Below, piece after piece: positions 1 through 9,476 of a DNA stretch of 64,000 nt (the stretch's first letter is position 1; every line of letters starts with the position of its first letter). Both the position numbers and the translations under genes were made by a program. Source of the DNA: a virus; IMG/VR virus record IMGVR_UViG_3300037504_001427, positions 1 to 64,000 of that record, one strand, 5' to 3'. Below the pieces are notes generated by a model. That model saw nothing but the letters and a program-made list of their open reading frames with translations, did no database searches and was not told the origin of the DNA.

Positions 1-670
1 CCGCACCCAGGCAGTGATCGGCTGCGGCGATCATGAGGATGGAGCAGAACTCGTCAGGCGGGATCTCCAATGACTGATACACGCCCTCTTTACTGGCCGG
101 CGAGTACCCAGCCGGGCGTCTGCCGTCGGGGGACTCGCCCCACGCATTCGCCGGACGGTCTGCGCGCGCATCCACAACGTATTCTGGGAGCGGCAGCGCA
201 AACTCACGCACGGTGCGACAGCACCCGTCAATCATCTTGGTCTCAACGATCCATTTATTCTGCCACCCGACCCGACGCCGGGTGTGATCAGTGTACGTCC
301 GACCGCGCGTGATCCGCCACCCGTCGGGCAGGCTGGCGTCGCCTCGCGCGGCCAGCTCGGCCAGCGCGGCGATCACCTGCCCGATGCTGGACGCGGACAA
401 GTATTGGGCAGGCGGTCGACCGTGGCCGGGGTCGCCGGGCCGATGATGATCGATGACCAGCGTATCGACCGGAGACGTGTAGGGCTGGCACTCGACCAGC
501 ACCACGTCGTCGGCGCCGAAATCAATCGGGTCGGCGCGATAGGCCGATCCGGGGTGGACGCGACGCCCGCCTGCCGTGGCGTGGACGACGTGCTCGCCTG
601 CATCGTGCAGCAGGCGCTCGATGGCTTCCATTTCGGGGTCTGGGGCCCCGATGATCCAGGCTCGTGACAT
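1..670 (-). CDS. DHH-like phosphoesterase family phage protein (runs off window start)
   Basis: Hand-translated from ATG 670 (RBS gaaaggag upstream): MSRAWIIGAPDPEMEAIE...VIDHHRPGDPG...SSIGQV...AAADHCLGA; no in-frame stop seen before position 1. Confidence 0.6.
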   Translation of the reverse strand, partial: MSRAWIIGAPDPEMEAIERLLHDAGEHVVHATAGGRRVHPGSAYRADPIDFGADDVVLVECQPYTSPVDTLVIDHHRPGDPGHGRPPAQYLSASSIGQVIAALAELAARGDASLPDGWRITRGRTYTDHTRRRVGWQNKWIVETKMIDGCCRTVREFALPLPEYVVDARADRPANAWGESPDGRRPAGYSPASKEGVYQSLEIPPDEFCSILMIAAADHCLGA

Positions 671-848
671 TATTTGCTCCTTTCAAAAGCGGGTGCTTAT
701 CTACCCGTCAACCCCTCTGCGCACCACGCGCAGAGGGGGAGGGGCCAGCGGCGGCCGAAAGGAGCCAAAGGCACCGCCGCTCGCTACCCCGCGACCCCAC
801 GCTGCACCATACAGCGTGGGGTAGGAGCGGGGTGGGTAGGCGCAGGCG

Positions 849-1499
849 TCAGTCGGCGCCTGCCTGCTTTGCCAATTCGGTAAGGACCATACGTCGGACA
901 GCGTCCGACGCTGGCCAGACCCTCTCCCACACGATGGTGCTCCGGAACCGCTCCAAAAGCGTCCACTTGCAACCGTGAAACCATTCGTTCACGATTGCAG
1001 GTGAGATGATCTCAGCAGCCGCAACCGCGGCAGCGGTCCATGCGTCGCCCCCTACGGCGTTGCGGCGACAGAATCCGCCCCCGTATAGCACTCCTCTGTC
1101 TCGGAGGACGTTCTGCCAGTCGGTGAGAACCTCCGGGGAGACGGCACGCCTCGTTCCCTCACCGGGGTTCATGAACCCGCCTCCCTGGCCGAGGGTGTAG
1201 GCCAAGAGGGTGATTGCGGCCCCCTCAAAGGAGCCGCCATGGTCCAGGGCTGCGATGGCCAACGCGTATTTGCGCCGGCGGTGACGGGCCTCACCGGCGC
1301 CGGAGAGACTGGCGAGTTCAGACTGGGAGTACGGAACTCCCAGTTCTTCCGCCTGCTCCGCGAGGCGTGCCTCACGGGCCTCGGCGTCGGCGGCGTCCTG
1401 GCGGGCCTGGCGCAGGCCTTCCAGGATCAGGCCTTCCAGGATCTCCTCCTCAGCGTCGGTGGTGTCGGTGTGGGTGTTGTCGGTGGCGTTGGTGATCAT
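849..1499 (-). CDS. hypothetical protein
   Basis: ORF from MITNATD with RBS gaaaggag. Confidence 0.65.
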   Translation of the reverse strand: MITNATDNTHTDTTDAEEEILEGLILEGLRQARQDAADAEAREARLAEQAEELGVPYSQSELASLSGAGEARHRRRKYALAIAALDHGGSFEGAAITLLAYTLGQGGGFMNPGEGTRRAVSPEVLTDWQNVLRDRGVLYGGGFCRRNAVGGDAWTAAAVAAAEIISPAIVNEWFHGCKWTLLERFRSTIVWERVWPASDAVRRMVLTELAKQAGAD

Positions 1500-1591
1500 G
1501 ACTGTGCTCCTTTCGGTGAGCGGGTTGTTGCCGCCAAACCCCCCGGCGCACCACACGACGAGGGGGGTCTGGTGGCCTGATGTGTCCTGGA

Positions 1592-1879
1592 TCAGGTGGG
1601 CGAGTATACGACAGCGTCTTGCCGTAGCTCGTCGTCGTCCTCCAGAAGTTCCTGGACGCTCCAGCTCTCGATTAACCCCCCATCCGGGTCCTGGTGTTCG
1701 ATTCGTGCAGACCCATCCAGGCTGCATCCGTCTCCGCACTGCTCTTCAATCTCCAGCAGTGCTTTCCTCGCTGCCTCCTCGGGCGTGGAGGCAGCGTACT
1801 CCCCGCACATATCGAGCGAGTGCCACTCGCCCTTTTCGTCGGGGGCGGCGTAGATCAGGTGGTAGTAGTTCGTGGTCAT
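1592..1879 (-). CDS. small acidic hypothetical protein
   Basis: MTTNYYHL start, RBS aggag, follows a hairpin. Confidence 0.65.
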   Translation of the reverse strand: MTTNYYHLIYAAPDEKGEWHSLDMCGEYAASTPEEAARKALLEIEEQCGDGCSLDGSARIEHQDPDGGLIESWSVQELLEDDDELRQDAVVYSPT

Positions 1880-1954
1880 TGGTGATGCTCCTACCACTTT
1901 GCCCCACGCTGCACTACACAGCGTGGGGTAGGAGCGGGGAGGGGGCAGTGGCTA

Positions 1955-2917
1955 TCAGGCGCGGCCCTCCAGCCGCTCGATCTCTGCGAGCAGAGATCGA
2001 CGCGCACGGCCGGCTAGCGCCGCCACGGCCTCGGCCACGTCGTCCTCGTCGGGATGAGGGCGGTGTTCGTCCCCATCGGGGGTCTCCCACGCGAGGACAA
2101 GACCGGCACCTTGCCAGTCGCCGAGGCGGATGCCGGGCCAGTCGGTCTCCGGCAGGTCTTGCCAGACCTCCTCCGACGCCGGTTCCTCGACGTCGGGGAC
2201 GTCGTAGTCGTCGAGCGCGTCGTTGATCGCCTCGGCGATCTCGTCGCGGATCTCGGCGGCGCGCGCGTACAGCGCCTCGTAGTCGCTGTCGGGATCGCCG
2301 ACCTCGGCTTCGCCGGCGATGTGCATCGCCTCCACCGCGTCGCGCCACACCGCGACGGTGTCGGGCGCGATCTCGGCGGTGCCGCCGACACCGTCGCGGA
2401 CGACGATCGGGTCGTCGGGGTCGCCGTCCGTGTCGGCGACGGGGCGACGGGGATACACTCCGTCGCCAGCGACGGAGCGCCATCCGCCGTGCTGGGCGTC
2501 ACCCCAGCAGGCCAGGCCGCTGCCGTCCAGGTCCTGGTCGGCGCCTGGCGCCAGCCACCCGCAGGTCAGGCAGGCTGGCAGTTCGAGGCGCCGGCCGGCT
2601 ACCTCGAGGCTGACGGAGTAGTGTGCAAAACACACTCCCCCGATCTCCTCGGGGTCGTCGGGCTCGTCGACCTCCACGGCGACGGCGGGGATGGCGGGGA
2701 CGAACGTCGTCGTGCCCCAGCACACCTCGTCGCCAGTGGTGTCGGCGAGGGCCTGGACGGCCCGCTCGACGGCGTCGTCGCCGTCCTCCCAAATTGACTC
2801 GGCCTCCTCCAGCGAGGAGGCGTGCCCCAGAATCAGGCGAGTGACCTCGGGGCTGGTGCCCCGGTTGTCGGCCCACTCGGTGCAGATGGTACGGATGTCG
2901 CTTTCGTGGATTTCCAT
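1955..2917 (-). CDS. very acidic hypothetical protein
   Basis: 320 aa, D/E-rich, RBS gaaaggag. Confidence 0.7.
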   Translation of the reverse strand: MEIHESDIRTICTEWADNRGTSPEVTRLILGHASSLEEAESIWEDGDDAVERAVQALADTTGDEVCWGTTTFVPAIPAVAVEVDEPDDPEEIGGVCFAHYSVSLEVAGRRLELPACLTCGWLAPGADQDLDGSGLACWGDAQHGGWRSVAGDGVYPRRPVADTDGDPDDPIVVRDGVGGTAEIAPDTVAVWRDAVEAMHIAGEAEVGDPDSDYEALYARAAEIRDEIAEAINDALDDYDVPDVEEPASEEVWQDLPETDWPGIRLGDWQGAGLVLAWETPDGDEHRPHPDEDDVAEAVAALAGRARRSLLAEIERLEGRA

Positions 2918-3019
2918 GTTTGCTCCTTTCGAGAGCGAGTGAAGCCCCTCTCGAGGCGGTGTCTACCACTTTACCCCACGGCGCACCACACGCCGTGGGG
3001 GGTAGAGGGGAGGGGGTCG

Positions 3020-3571
3020 TCAGGTGGCGGAGGCGACGAACACGATCCCGTCGTCAGGGTACTCCGTGGCCTCAAGGACCTTCTCCCTCTCGGGGAAAAT
3101 CTCCTTGAGGATGTGCTTCTTGCAGACCTGACAGCGCCATGCTGGCCGGGCGTTCCACGCCCGGAAGTCCCCGCCGCCGCAGATGACGTACACCACCCGC
3201 GCTCGGCGGATGGCCGCGCGCATGGCGCGCGCTGTGGTGTGGATAATTGCTTCGTGGGTCGTGGGGCGGTGAGTGTCAGGTGCCGAGAGCCCCAGTGCCT
3301 TCCGTACATCCGCAACAAAACGTGCGGGTAAGTTCTGGGTGTTCCCCTTGGCAACGGCTTCCACGCTGTCGCGGATCGCCTTCATTACATCCTTGACCCA
3401 CACGTGGCCCTCGGTCAGCACTGAGCGGTCGTTGTCCCACGCGCCCATGGGGTTGGTCCCTGGAGGTCCCGTGATCTCCCAGCGACAGCGGGAACCGAAT
3501 TTGGTGGCAATGGTGACACCGTTTAGCAACACCCTCTTGCCCAGCGCCTTCAGCTTCACAGTGTTGCTCAT
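3020..3571 (-). CDS. hypothetical protein with C-terminal Cys cluster
   Basis: MSNTVKL start after ggagg; CQVC motif. Confidence 0.6.
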   Translation of the reverse strand: MSNTVKLKALGKRVLLNGVTIATKFGSRCRWEITGPPGTNPMGAWDNDRSVLTEGHVWVKDVMKAIRDSVEAVAKGNTQNLPARFVADVRKALGLSAPDTHRPTTHEAIIHTTARAMRAAIRRARVVYVICGGGDFRAWNARPAWRCQVCKKHILKEIFPEREKVLEATEYPDDGIVFVASAT

Positions 3572-3573
3572 GG

Positions 3574-3720
3574 CTATCGGTCCTCCCTCCCAACGGAGGC
3601 GACACCGCGCCCCCAGTGATTTTCCCTTTCCCACCGTCGCGCTAGGCGATAGGCCGCGGAGCGGCTCAGCCCCGCGGCGATGGTCCCGAAGCAGGGTGCG
3701 GAAACGTAGTACTTGGCCAT
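3574..3720 (-). CDS. 48-aa hypothetical protein
   Basis: MAKYYVSAPC... with RBS gaaggag; not in ORF track. Confidence 0.5.
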   Translation of the reverse strand: MAKYYVSAPCFGTIAAGLSRSAAYRLARRWERENHWGRGVASVGREDR

Positions 3721-3764
3721 GATGTGCTCCTTCAAGAGCGTGATGCCCCGTGGGGCGGTGAGTG

Positions 3765-4952
3765 TCAGGTGCCGACCAGCCCCGCGGCGACCACACGCGC
3801 GTGCTCGCGCACGCGGTCAGACGCCGCGGTGTCGCTGGCCGCCTCCCAGAGACGGGTCTCCAGCTCGTAGCGGGCGCGGCGGTCGGAAACGCCGAGCCGT
3901 CGACGGTACTCCACGATCGCCGGCGGCGCCCAGCCTAGGCGGCGGCGACTGCGGCGCCAGCCGCGCCACTGCTCCGGCGGCAGCGGCAGCTCCAGCGCCC
4001 ACGCGTGGGCGGCGTCGGCACGGGCCTGGGCCTTGGCACGGGCCTGGGCCTTGGCACGGGCCTGGGCCTCAGCGACCGCTATCGCGTCCCACGCCGCTGG
4101 GCCGAGACGCGCAAGCAGCGCCTCGCCCAGGTGGTCCACCTCCTCGGGGTAGCCACCGACGACGCGCGACAGCGGCACCCACTCGTCGGGCGCGCTCTCG
4201 CTCGGGCGAGGCGTGCCAGCGGGGGCCTGCGTGGCCCACTCGGTCCAAGCCTGCTCGGCGCGGGCCTCGTACTCGGCCACCTCGCGCCGCCAGCGCTGCT
4301 CGGCGCGCAGCTTGCGCTGATCGGCGCGTAGTTTGCGGCGCGCCTCGATGCGCGCCGCCAGCTCAAGGACTTCGGCGGCGTCGTCGTCGCTGGCGTTCTC
4401 GGGGTCGTCGGGATCGTAGAGCATGCGCACGGCACGCGCGACGCCGGGCCTAGTCGACAGCACCCAGACGCCGTAGCCGTAGCCGTAGCGGCCACCTTCG
4501 CCGTAGCCGTAGCCGCCGTCGCCGGCGGCGAAATGCCGGTGTGCGAGTCCTTGCGCCGCGGCCCACTCCTGGGCCTCCTGGGTCGCGACCACGAGCGCGT
4601 CCCAGGCCGCGCTGGCCGCATCCTCCGCCTCCTGACGGGCATCCCATAGCGGGCACTCGGCCTTGATGAGGGCCGATGCCCGCGCGCGGGCCTCGCTCGC
4701 CCGCTCCTGCGCCGCTGCACGCGCCTCCGCAGTGCGGGCGCGGGGGATCTCCTCGTCGGCCCAGTGGGCCGCCTCCGCTGCCTCGCGGGTCGCGGCCGCG
4801 GCGGCGCGGCAGGCCGCGCGGGCATCGGCCCACGCCTGATTGGCGGCGGCGGACGCTGCCGCAAGGCGGTGGAGGCCGGGGCGGAGCGTGCCCAGCCACT
4901 CGGCGGCGTCTTTGTGCAGCGTGGGGATGGCGCTGCCGTGATGCGTGTACAT
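3765..4952 (-). CDS. Ala/Arg-rich helical hypothetical protein
   Basis: MYTHHG start after aggag; contains GYGYGEGGRYGYGYG patch and 18-bp tandem repeat (AQARAK). Confidence 0.65.
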   Translation of the reverse strand: MYTHHGSAIPTLHKDAAEWLGTLRPGLHRLAAASAAANQAWADARAACRAAAAATREAAEAAHWADEEIPRARTAEARAAAQERASEARARASALIKAECPLWDARQEAEDAASAAWDALVVATQEAQEWAAAQGLAHRHFAAGDGGYGYGEGGRYGYGYGVWVLSTRPGVARAVRMLYDPDDPENASDDDAAEVLELAARIEARRKLRADQRKLRAEQRWRREVAEYEARAEQAWTEWATQAPAGTPRPSESAPDEWVPLSRVVGGYPEEVDHLGEALLARLGPAAWDAIAVAEAQARAKAQARAKAQARADAAHAWALELPLPPEQWRGWRRSRRRLGWAPPAIVEYRRRLGVSDRRARYELETRLWEAASDTAASDRVREHARVVAAGLVGT

Positions 4953-5022
4953 GCTCTCCCCTCCTACCACAAAACCCCACGGCGCACCACGCGCCGTGGG
5001 GTGTAGCGGGAGAGAGGGGTCG

Positions 5023-5346
5023 TCAGGTGCGGACGAAACCCTCACACCCGATGACCCTCCCCTGGTCGTCCCTGACCAGTCGGCCGGGAGACAAAAGGTC
5101 GCCGCGGTCCGGGCTCGCGGCCCGGACTAGGGCACTCACTATATAGTGAGTGCCCTCCTGGGGCTCGGGGAGGCCAGTGACCTCCCCGTACTCCTCGCGG
5201 TAGACGGGAAATCCGTCCACCGTGCCGACTTGCGTGGCTTCGGTAGCCACCCGAGCGATCCCCTCCGAGGGGGGGAGGGTCACCACTGCCCCGTTGGGGG
5301 CGTGGATTGTGACTGAGTGAGGGGTGAGGTTGACCAGATTGGCCAT
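5023..5346 (-). CDS. conserved viral hypothetical protein (NLTPH family)
   Basis: MANLVNLTPH...PPSEGIARV...IVSALV...DLLSP...VRDDQGRVIG; RBS gaaaggag. Confidence 0.75.
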   Translation of the reverse strand: MANLVNLTPHSVTIHAPNGAVVTLPPSEGIARVATEATQVGTVDGFPVYREEYGEVTGLPEPQEGTHYIVSALVRAASPDRGDLLSPGRLVRDDQGRVIGCEGFVRT

Positions 5347-5437
5347 GATAGCTCCTTTCGAGAGCGTGAGTGTGTCTGCCACCAAACCCCACGGCGCACC
5401 ACACGCCGTGGGGTAAAGGGGAGGACTGCGGGGGTCG

Positions 5438-5776
5438 TCAGAACCCCGCGCAGTCGTCGCGGATGACAGCGTCGGGGAACTCGGCACGCGCTTCGCGCAC
5501 CGCGCGGGCAAAGGCGTGTCGCGCGCGGGGCCCGCGCACGGTGCCAGTATGGAGGCGCCGCGCCTCCCACAAAACCGCACGGACCGAGCGGCGCCGCTCG
5601 TCTATTGTGAGGTCAGCGATGGATGCCCACCATTCCGCTTCGACTACCGCAACGTGGCGGTAGTATCCCCGGCAGCTACTCGGCATTGCTGCCGAACTGC
5701 TGATGACCACGAGTTTGGTGGCGGTGGCGGTGGCGGTGGCGGTGTCGGTGCTGGCGGTGCTGGCGGTGCTGGCCAT
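5438..5776 (-). CDS. hypothetical protein
   Basis: MASTAST start, RBS gaaaggag. Confidence 0.6.
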   Translation of the reverse strand: MASTASTASTDTATATATATKLVVISSSAAMPSSCRGYYRHVAVVEAEWWASIADLTIDERRRSVRAVLWEARRLHTGTVRGPRARHAFARAVREARAEFPDAVIRDDCAGF

Positions 5777-5869
5777 CTGGTGCTCCTTTCGAGAGCAGCC
5801 CCTCTCGGGGCGGTGAGTGGTGCCCGTCCGCTGGGGAGGGGCAGCGACGGGGCTGGGGGGGTGCCGCCG

Positions 5870-6465
5870 TCGCCTACACACAGTGTGGCCGACGGAGGGC
5901 GCGGGTCCAGCGGTGTGTCCGCAGTGCGCGGACAGTGTGTGACACAGCCCTGCCTGCCACCCCTGCCGCCTGCGGGGCCCCCGCTGCCGGCCCTGCTGCC
6001 GTCGCCCCTGCCTGCCGTCCCTGCGGCTGCGGCTACGGCTACGGCACCGGCACCGGGCGTGCCCCGTGCGTGCGCGGGCCCCTGCCGCCTGCGGGGCCCC
6101 GCGTGCCCGTGCGTGCGCGCGGGCCCCTGGGCTGGAGGCAGGGGCCCGCCGGGGGCGGGGGCGGGGGCGTGGTGGGCGTGGTGCACGGGTCCTCCATCGG
6201 GGAGCCTGTCCGGCAGGTGCACCGTGGCCAGCGGTGTGTCCACGGGGTGCGGGCAGTGTGTGACACGGAGGCAGGCAGCAGGGGCGGGGGCAGGCGGGGT
6301 GCAGGCGGGCAGGCGGGCAGGCGGGCAGGCGGGCAGCAGGCGCACTGCGGGGCCGAGGCGGGTGCAGGCGGGGGCAGGCGGGTGCAGGCGGGCAGGCGGG
6401 GCAGGCGGGCAGGCGGGGCAGGGGCGGCAGGCAGCAGGCAGCAGGGGCGGCAGGCGGGCCTGTCC
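5870..6465. repeat. GC-extreme low-complexity non-coding region with direct repeats
   Basis: ccagcggtgtgtcc...cagtgtgtgacac at 5907-5945 and 6228-6266; cctgcc runs on the left, ggcagg runs on the right. Confidence 0.7.
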
Positions 6466-6764
6466 AAAAATCCGACAAAAATACCGAAAAACCCCCTAAA
6501 ATGTCCTGAAAACCGACGAAAAGGACATGCCGTAAGACGTAAGTGCCTGTAAATACAAGACTTACATAGGGAGGTCATGTCCTGTAAATGACCATTTATG
6601 GGACAATTAGCATCGAATTTTGCCCCGTTTTTTGTCTATTTATTCCTGAACTTGTCTGTATCTGCTGTATCATAGCACGGCAGGCCTCCGCGGGTCCGAG
6701 GTGGAATGCCGTTGCGGAGGCTATACGGTACGACACCGTGCAGCATCCACCTAGGAGTCCACCT

Positions 6765-7076
6765 ATGATCGCGTCTCCCGCCGCCTCCCCGGATCCGGTC
6801 AACCCCGACACCGAAGCGCGTATACGGGCGCGCTGCCAGGAACTGGCCGAGTTCCTAGTGGCGAAGAACCGCGCCTATGGAGATTCGGCCCTGCGCCCGG
6901 CTCGCATCTTCGCCCAGGGGAGCGCCTCGGACCTGATCCGGGTACGCATCGATGACAAGCTGAACCGCATCCGCAATCAGCCGGATGCCTTCGGCGAGGA
7001 CGCCGTGCAAGACCTGCTCGGCTACCTGATCCTGTTCCAGATCGCCACCGACATCGAAGGAGCGGCCGCAGAGTAG
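6765..7076 (+). CDS. Nucleotide modification associated domain 1 (DUF1599/Nmad1-like) protein
   Basis: KNRAYGDS...RIDDKLNRI...EDAVQDLLGYLIL; RBS aggag. Confidence 0.75.
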   Translation: MIASPAASPDPVNPDTEARIRARCQELAEFLVAKNRAYGDSALRPARIFAQGSASDLIRVRIDDKLNRIRNQPDAFGEDAVQDLLGYLILFQIATDIEGAAAE

Positions 7077-7122
7077 GGATTGTGTCCGCGACAGTTTCTG
7101 GTAATCTGCCGGCGGAGGACTG

Positions 7123-8328
7123 ATGGCCAAGATCAAGCACTGGTATTGGCAGCAGGGCCAGACCTACGGCATCCTGGAGCGCCCTCGAGGGATAGGCTTC
7201 ACCTCGAGGCCGAGCAAACCTTACATTCTGGTCACCAACGACAGCGAAAACTGGGTGGCAAAGCGCCTGGGAAACCACCACACTTGGCATGACGTCATCC
7301 ATCCATTAGAGGCGGCCGGCATCACCGTCCGCGCCAAGGCCGGCAGTCGCACCACCCTGCAGGTCGAGTGGCGCCTCCCTCTGGAATGGGCAGCCAAGGC
7401 GATCCGCAAGCGAGATAGAGAGCAGCCCGCCGGCGCGGCTGACTACGAGATCCAGGCTGCTGCCCAGAAACTGGTCGATACCGTACTGCGCGAGGTGAAA
7501 CAAGCGTCCATCCCCGAAACCAAGGTGATCCAATACGTCGGATGGGAAACCGTGCGGAAGAAAAGTGCGCACTCTCTCGACGCCATCCACCGCCTGCTCG
7601 AGAAAGCCTACGACGAGACGCTGACACACTGGAATTGGGTGTGGCTTAACCTCCGCATCAAATTCCACATGTCGGGTCCTGCATTTGGGCTCGCCTACTC
7701 TCCTGGCAGGGGGGACCACATCATCTCGCTCAATGCGCGGATGCTGGGGGCCTACACCCTCGACTCGATCTACCGGACGATCGTGCATGAGCTTTGCCAC
7801 CACTATCGCGAAGAGCGTTTTCCCCGCTCCATTGATCCACACGACAAACAATTCTGCGACGAACTCGCCAAGATCGACCGGACAATCAGCGGCGATCCCC
7901 GAGCCTGTAGACACTTCGTGGATGTTGCCGACCCAGCACTGCAGGCGCGTGTCCCAGGGCGGAAAAAGCGCCTGCCGGTGTGGGACGAGAAAGCTGGCAC
8001 CTTTCAAGTCTGGCACAAGAAAAGTGGCACCTTCTCGCTCTACTGGACACCGAACAAAGGGTATTCATGGGCGACGTGGCGTATCGGCCTGAGTGCCGAG
8101 GGCATGGTGGACATCCTCAAGCAGTTCTCCCCTAGCGAATGGTCCAAGGTCGTGATGAAGCTGCACCCCAAGAGCGCAGAAGAATGGTGGTACCGGAATA
8201 TCTCTGCTGGCCCCGTCTCGCTCTCTTTCTTCACTGCCAGAATCATAAGCGCCTTCCCTCGCGCCATGAAGCCTTTGGCTGACTATCTTCGCGAGACGGT
8301 GGCGCGCGGCTTTGAGGAGAGCAGCTAG
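7123..8328 (+). CDS. SprT-like zincin metalloprotease domain protein
   Basis: ISLN...TIVHELCH...HDKQF. Confidence 0.7.
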   Translation: MAKIKHWYWQQGQTYGILERPRGIGFTSRPSKPYILVTNDSENWVAKRLGNHHTWHDVIHPLEAAGITVRAKAGSRTTLQVEWRLPLEWAAKAIRKRDREQPAGAADYEIQAAAQKLVDTVLREVKQASIPETKVIQYVGWETVRKKSAHSLDAIHRLLEKAYDETLTHWNWVWLNLRIKFHMSGPAFGLAYSPGRGDHIISLNARMLGAYTLDSIYRTIVHELCHHYREERFPRSIDPHDKQFCDELAKIDRTISGDPRACRHFVDVADPALQARVPGRKKRLPVWDEKAGTFQVWHKKSGTFSLYWTPNKGYSWATWRIGLSAEGMVDILKQFSPSEWSKVVMKLHPKSAEEWWYRNISAGPVSLSFFTARIISAFPRAMKPLADYLRETVARGFEESS

Positions 8329-8477
8329 ATGCGGAAAAAGAAACAGAAACTGAAAAGCCTCCCGCCTGGCGCAGACGCCGGCGTTCCTCGAGCAGCCGCT
8401 GCCTATCGGTGTGCCAAAGCCACCTGCAGCAACCCGCGGCCCAACCCCCAGCCCAAAACCAAGGATGGATGGGTGGC

Positions 8478-8675
8478 ATGATCCTGCCCGCCGACCACAG
8501 CTTGGTGATGACCAATGAGCACGTCCTAGTGCAGCAGGTCGCCCAAGTCCATTGGTCCGATGCGGAGCAGGCACGGGGCAGCGTTGAGACCTCGCCGGAC
8601 ACCAAAGCCTGGCTCGCTTGGGTGAATGAAGTCGGCGGCGCGTGGTCAACGCTCGAAGATCTGGCCGACATGTAG
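8478..8675 (+). CDS. hypothetical protein
   Basis: ATGA overlap with a short basic ORF at 8329-8481. Confidence 0.4.
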   Translation: MILPADHSLVMTNEHVLVQQVAQVHWSDAEQARGSVETSPDTKAWLAWVNEVGGAWSTLEDLADM

Positions 8676-8770
8676 CGGCTGTCCAAAGGCGCGCAAGATC
8701 GGCACACAGTTGCAGGCTCTGTCCGTCACGCTATCATTGCCCCATCTGATCACCCCAGGGATTCCCACTC

Positions 8771-9253
8771 ATGTCCGATCTTCAGATGCCTCAGCAGGTC
8801 CAGAATGCTCTCCGGCAGGGTGCCGGCGACGCCGCGCTCGCCATGATGTTGGCGTCGCTGCGACAGACGATGCTGGATGTCGGCGGGGAGTATCCCGCCA
8901 GCAATGTGATGCCGTACTCCTATGCGTTCACGACCACGCTCGATGCGGACTCCTCGGGCACAGCATCCATCCGCATCACGGCAGACGCTGCGTTCATCGC
9001 GCGTTTCGTCACCGGCACCTCAGACGGCAGCTACACGATTCTGCCTCGTGTCGACGCCTCTGACCGCCAGCTCAGCAACGTGGCGCTCAACGACACGCTG
9101 TTCGTTGGCACCGCCGAGCGCCCTTTCCCGCTGGGCAAGCCGCTGCTGCTGCCGGCGAACTCCACGATCAGCTTCGACCTGGCTGATCTGAGTTCGGCCG
9201 AGAACAAGATCTACTTCTCTCTGCACGGGTACAAGGTCTACGGCACTCTCTGA
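8771..9253 (+). CDS. putative single jelly-roll capsid-like protein
   Basis: 160 aa, beta-strand pattern (ADAAFI...RQLSN...GTAERPFPL...NSTISFDL...LHGYK); virion gene context. Confidence 0.5.
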   Translation: MSDLQMPQQVQNALRQGAGDAALAMMLASLRQTMLDVGGEYPASNVMPYSYAFTTTLDADSSGTASIRITADAAFIARFVTGTSDGSYTILPRVDASDRQLSNVALNDTLFVGTAERPFPLGKPLLLPANSTISFDLADLSSAENKIYFSLHGYKVYGTL

Positions 9254-9297
9254 CTCGTCAAAAAGGACGATCCCACGGCGCCACGAAAGGCAGCACC

Positions 9298-9474
9298 ATG
9301 CGACGGAAAAGAAAGAGCAATACCGCGGGCAGGAAACGCAAGGGCACGTCCCCGATCAGCATCCCCAAAGGGCTACGCAAGGGTGACAGATTCGCTCGTG
9401 GTGGTGTGTCCTACCGTGTGGTGAGCTACGTCACACAGGACGGCAAGCGCATCCGCTACGCGCGCCGGATCTGA
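9298..9474 (+). CDS. small basic protein
   Basis: 58 aa MRRKRKSN...RYARRI; fills the intergenic gap. Confidence 0.55.
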   Translation: MRRKRKSNTAGRKRKGTSPISIPKGLRKGDRFARGGVSYRVVSYVTQDGKRIRYARRI

Positions 9475-9476
9475 GC

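Larger units (their letters stand above)
712..5413. repeat. Dispersed 27-nt hairpin (10-bp stem, CACCACA-type 7-nt loop), 7 copies: 712-738, 795-821, 1539-1567, 1902-1928, 2974-3000, 4975-5001, 5387-5413
   Basis: Stems ccccacggcg/cgccgtgggg, ccccacgctg/cagcgtgggg and cccctctgcg/cgcagagggg; all copies intergenic, upstream of minus-strand genes. Confidence 0.9.

Noticed and set aside
712-5413. Integron attC sites or intrinsic terminators
   Set aside because: No RYYYAAC/GTTRRRY boxes and no tyrosine integrase; U-tracts follow only some copies.
5438-6578. Several 180-346 aa overlapping ORFs
   Set aside because: Open frames caused by stop-poor GC repeats; no RBS or recognisable domains beyond the 5438-5776 gene.
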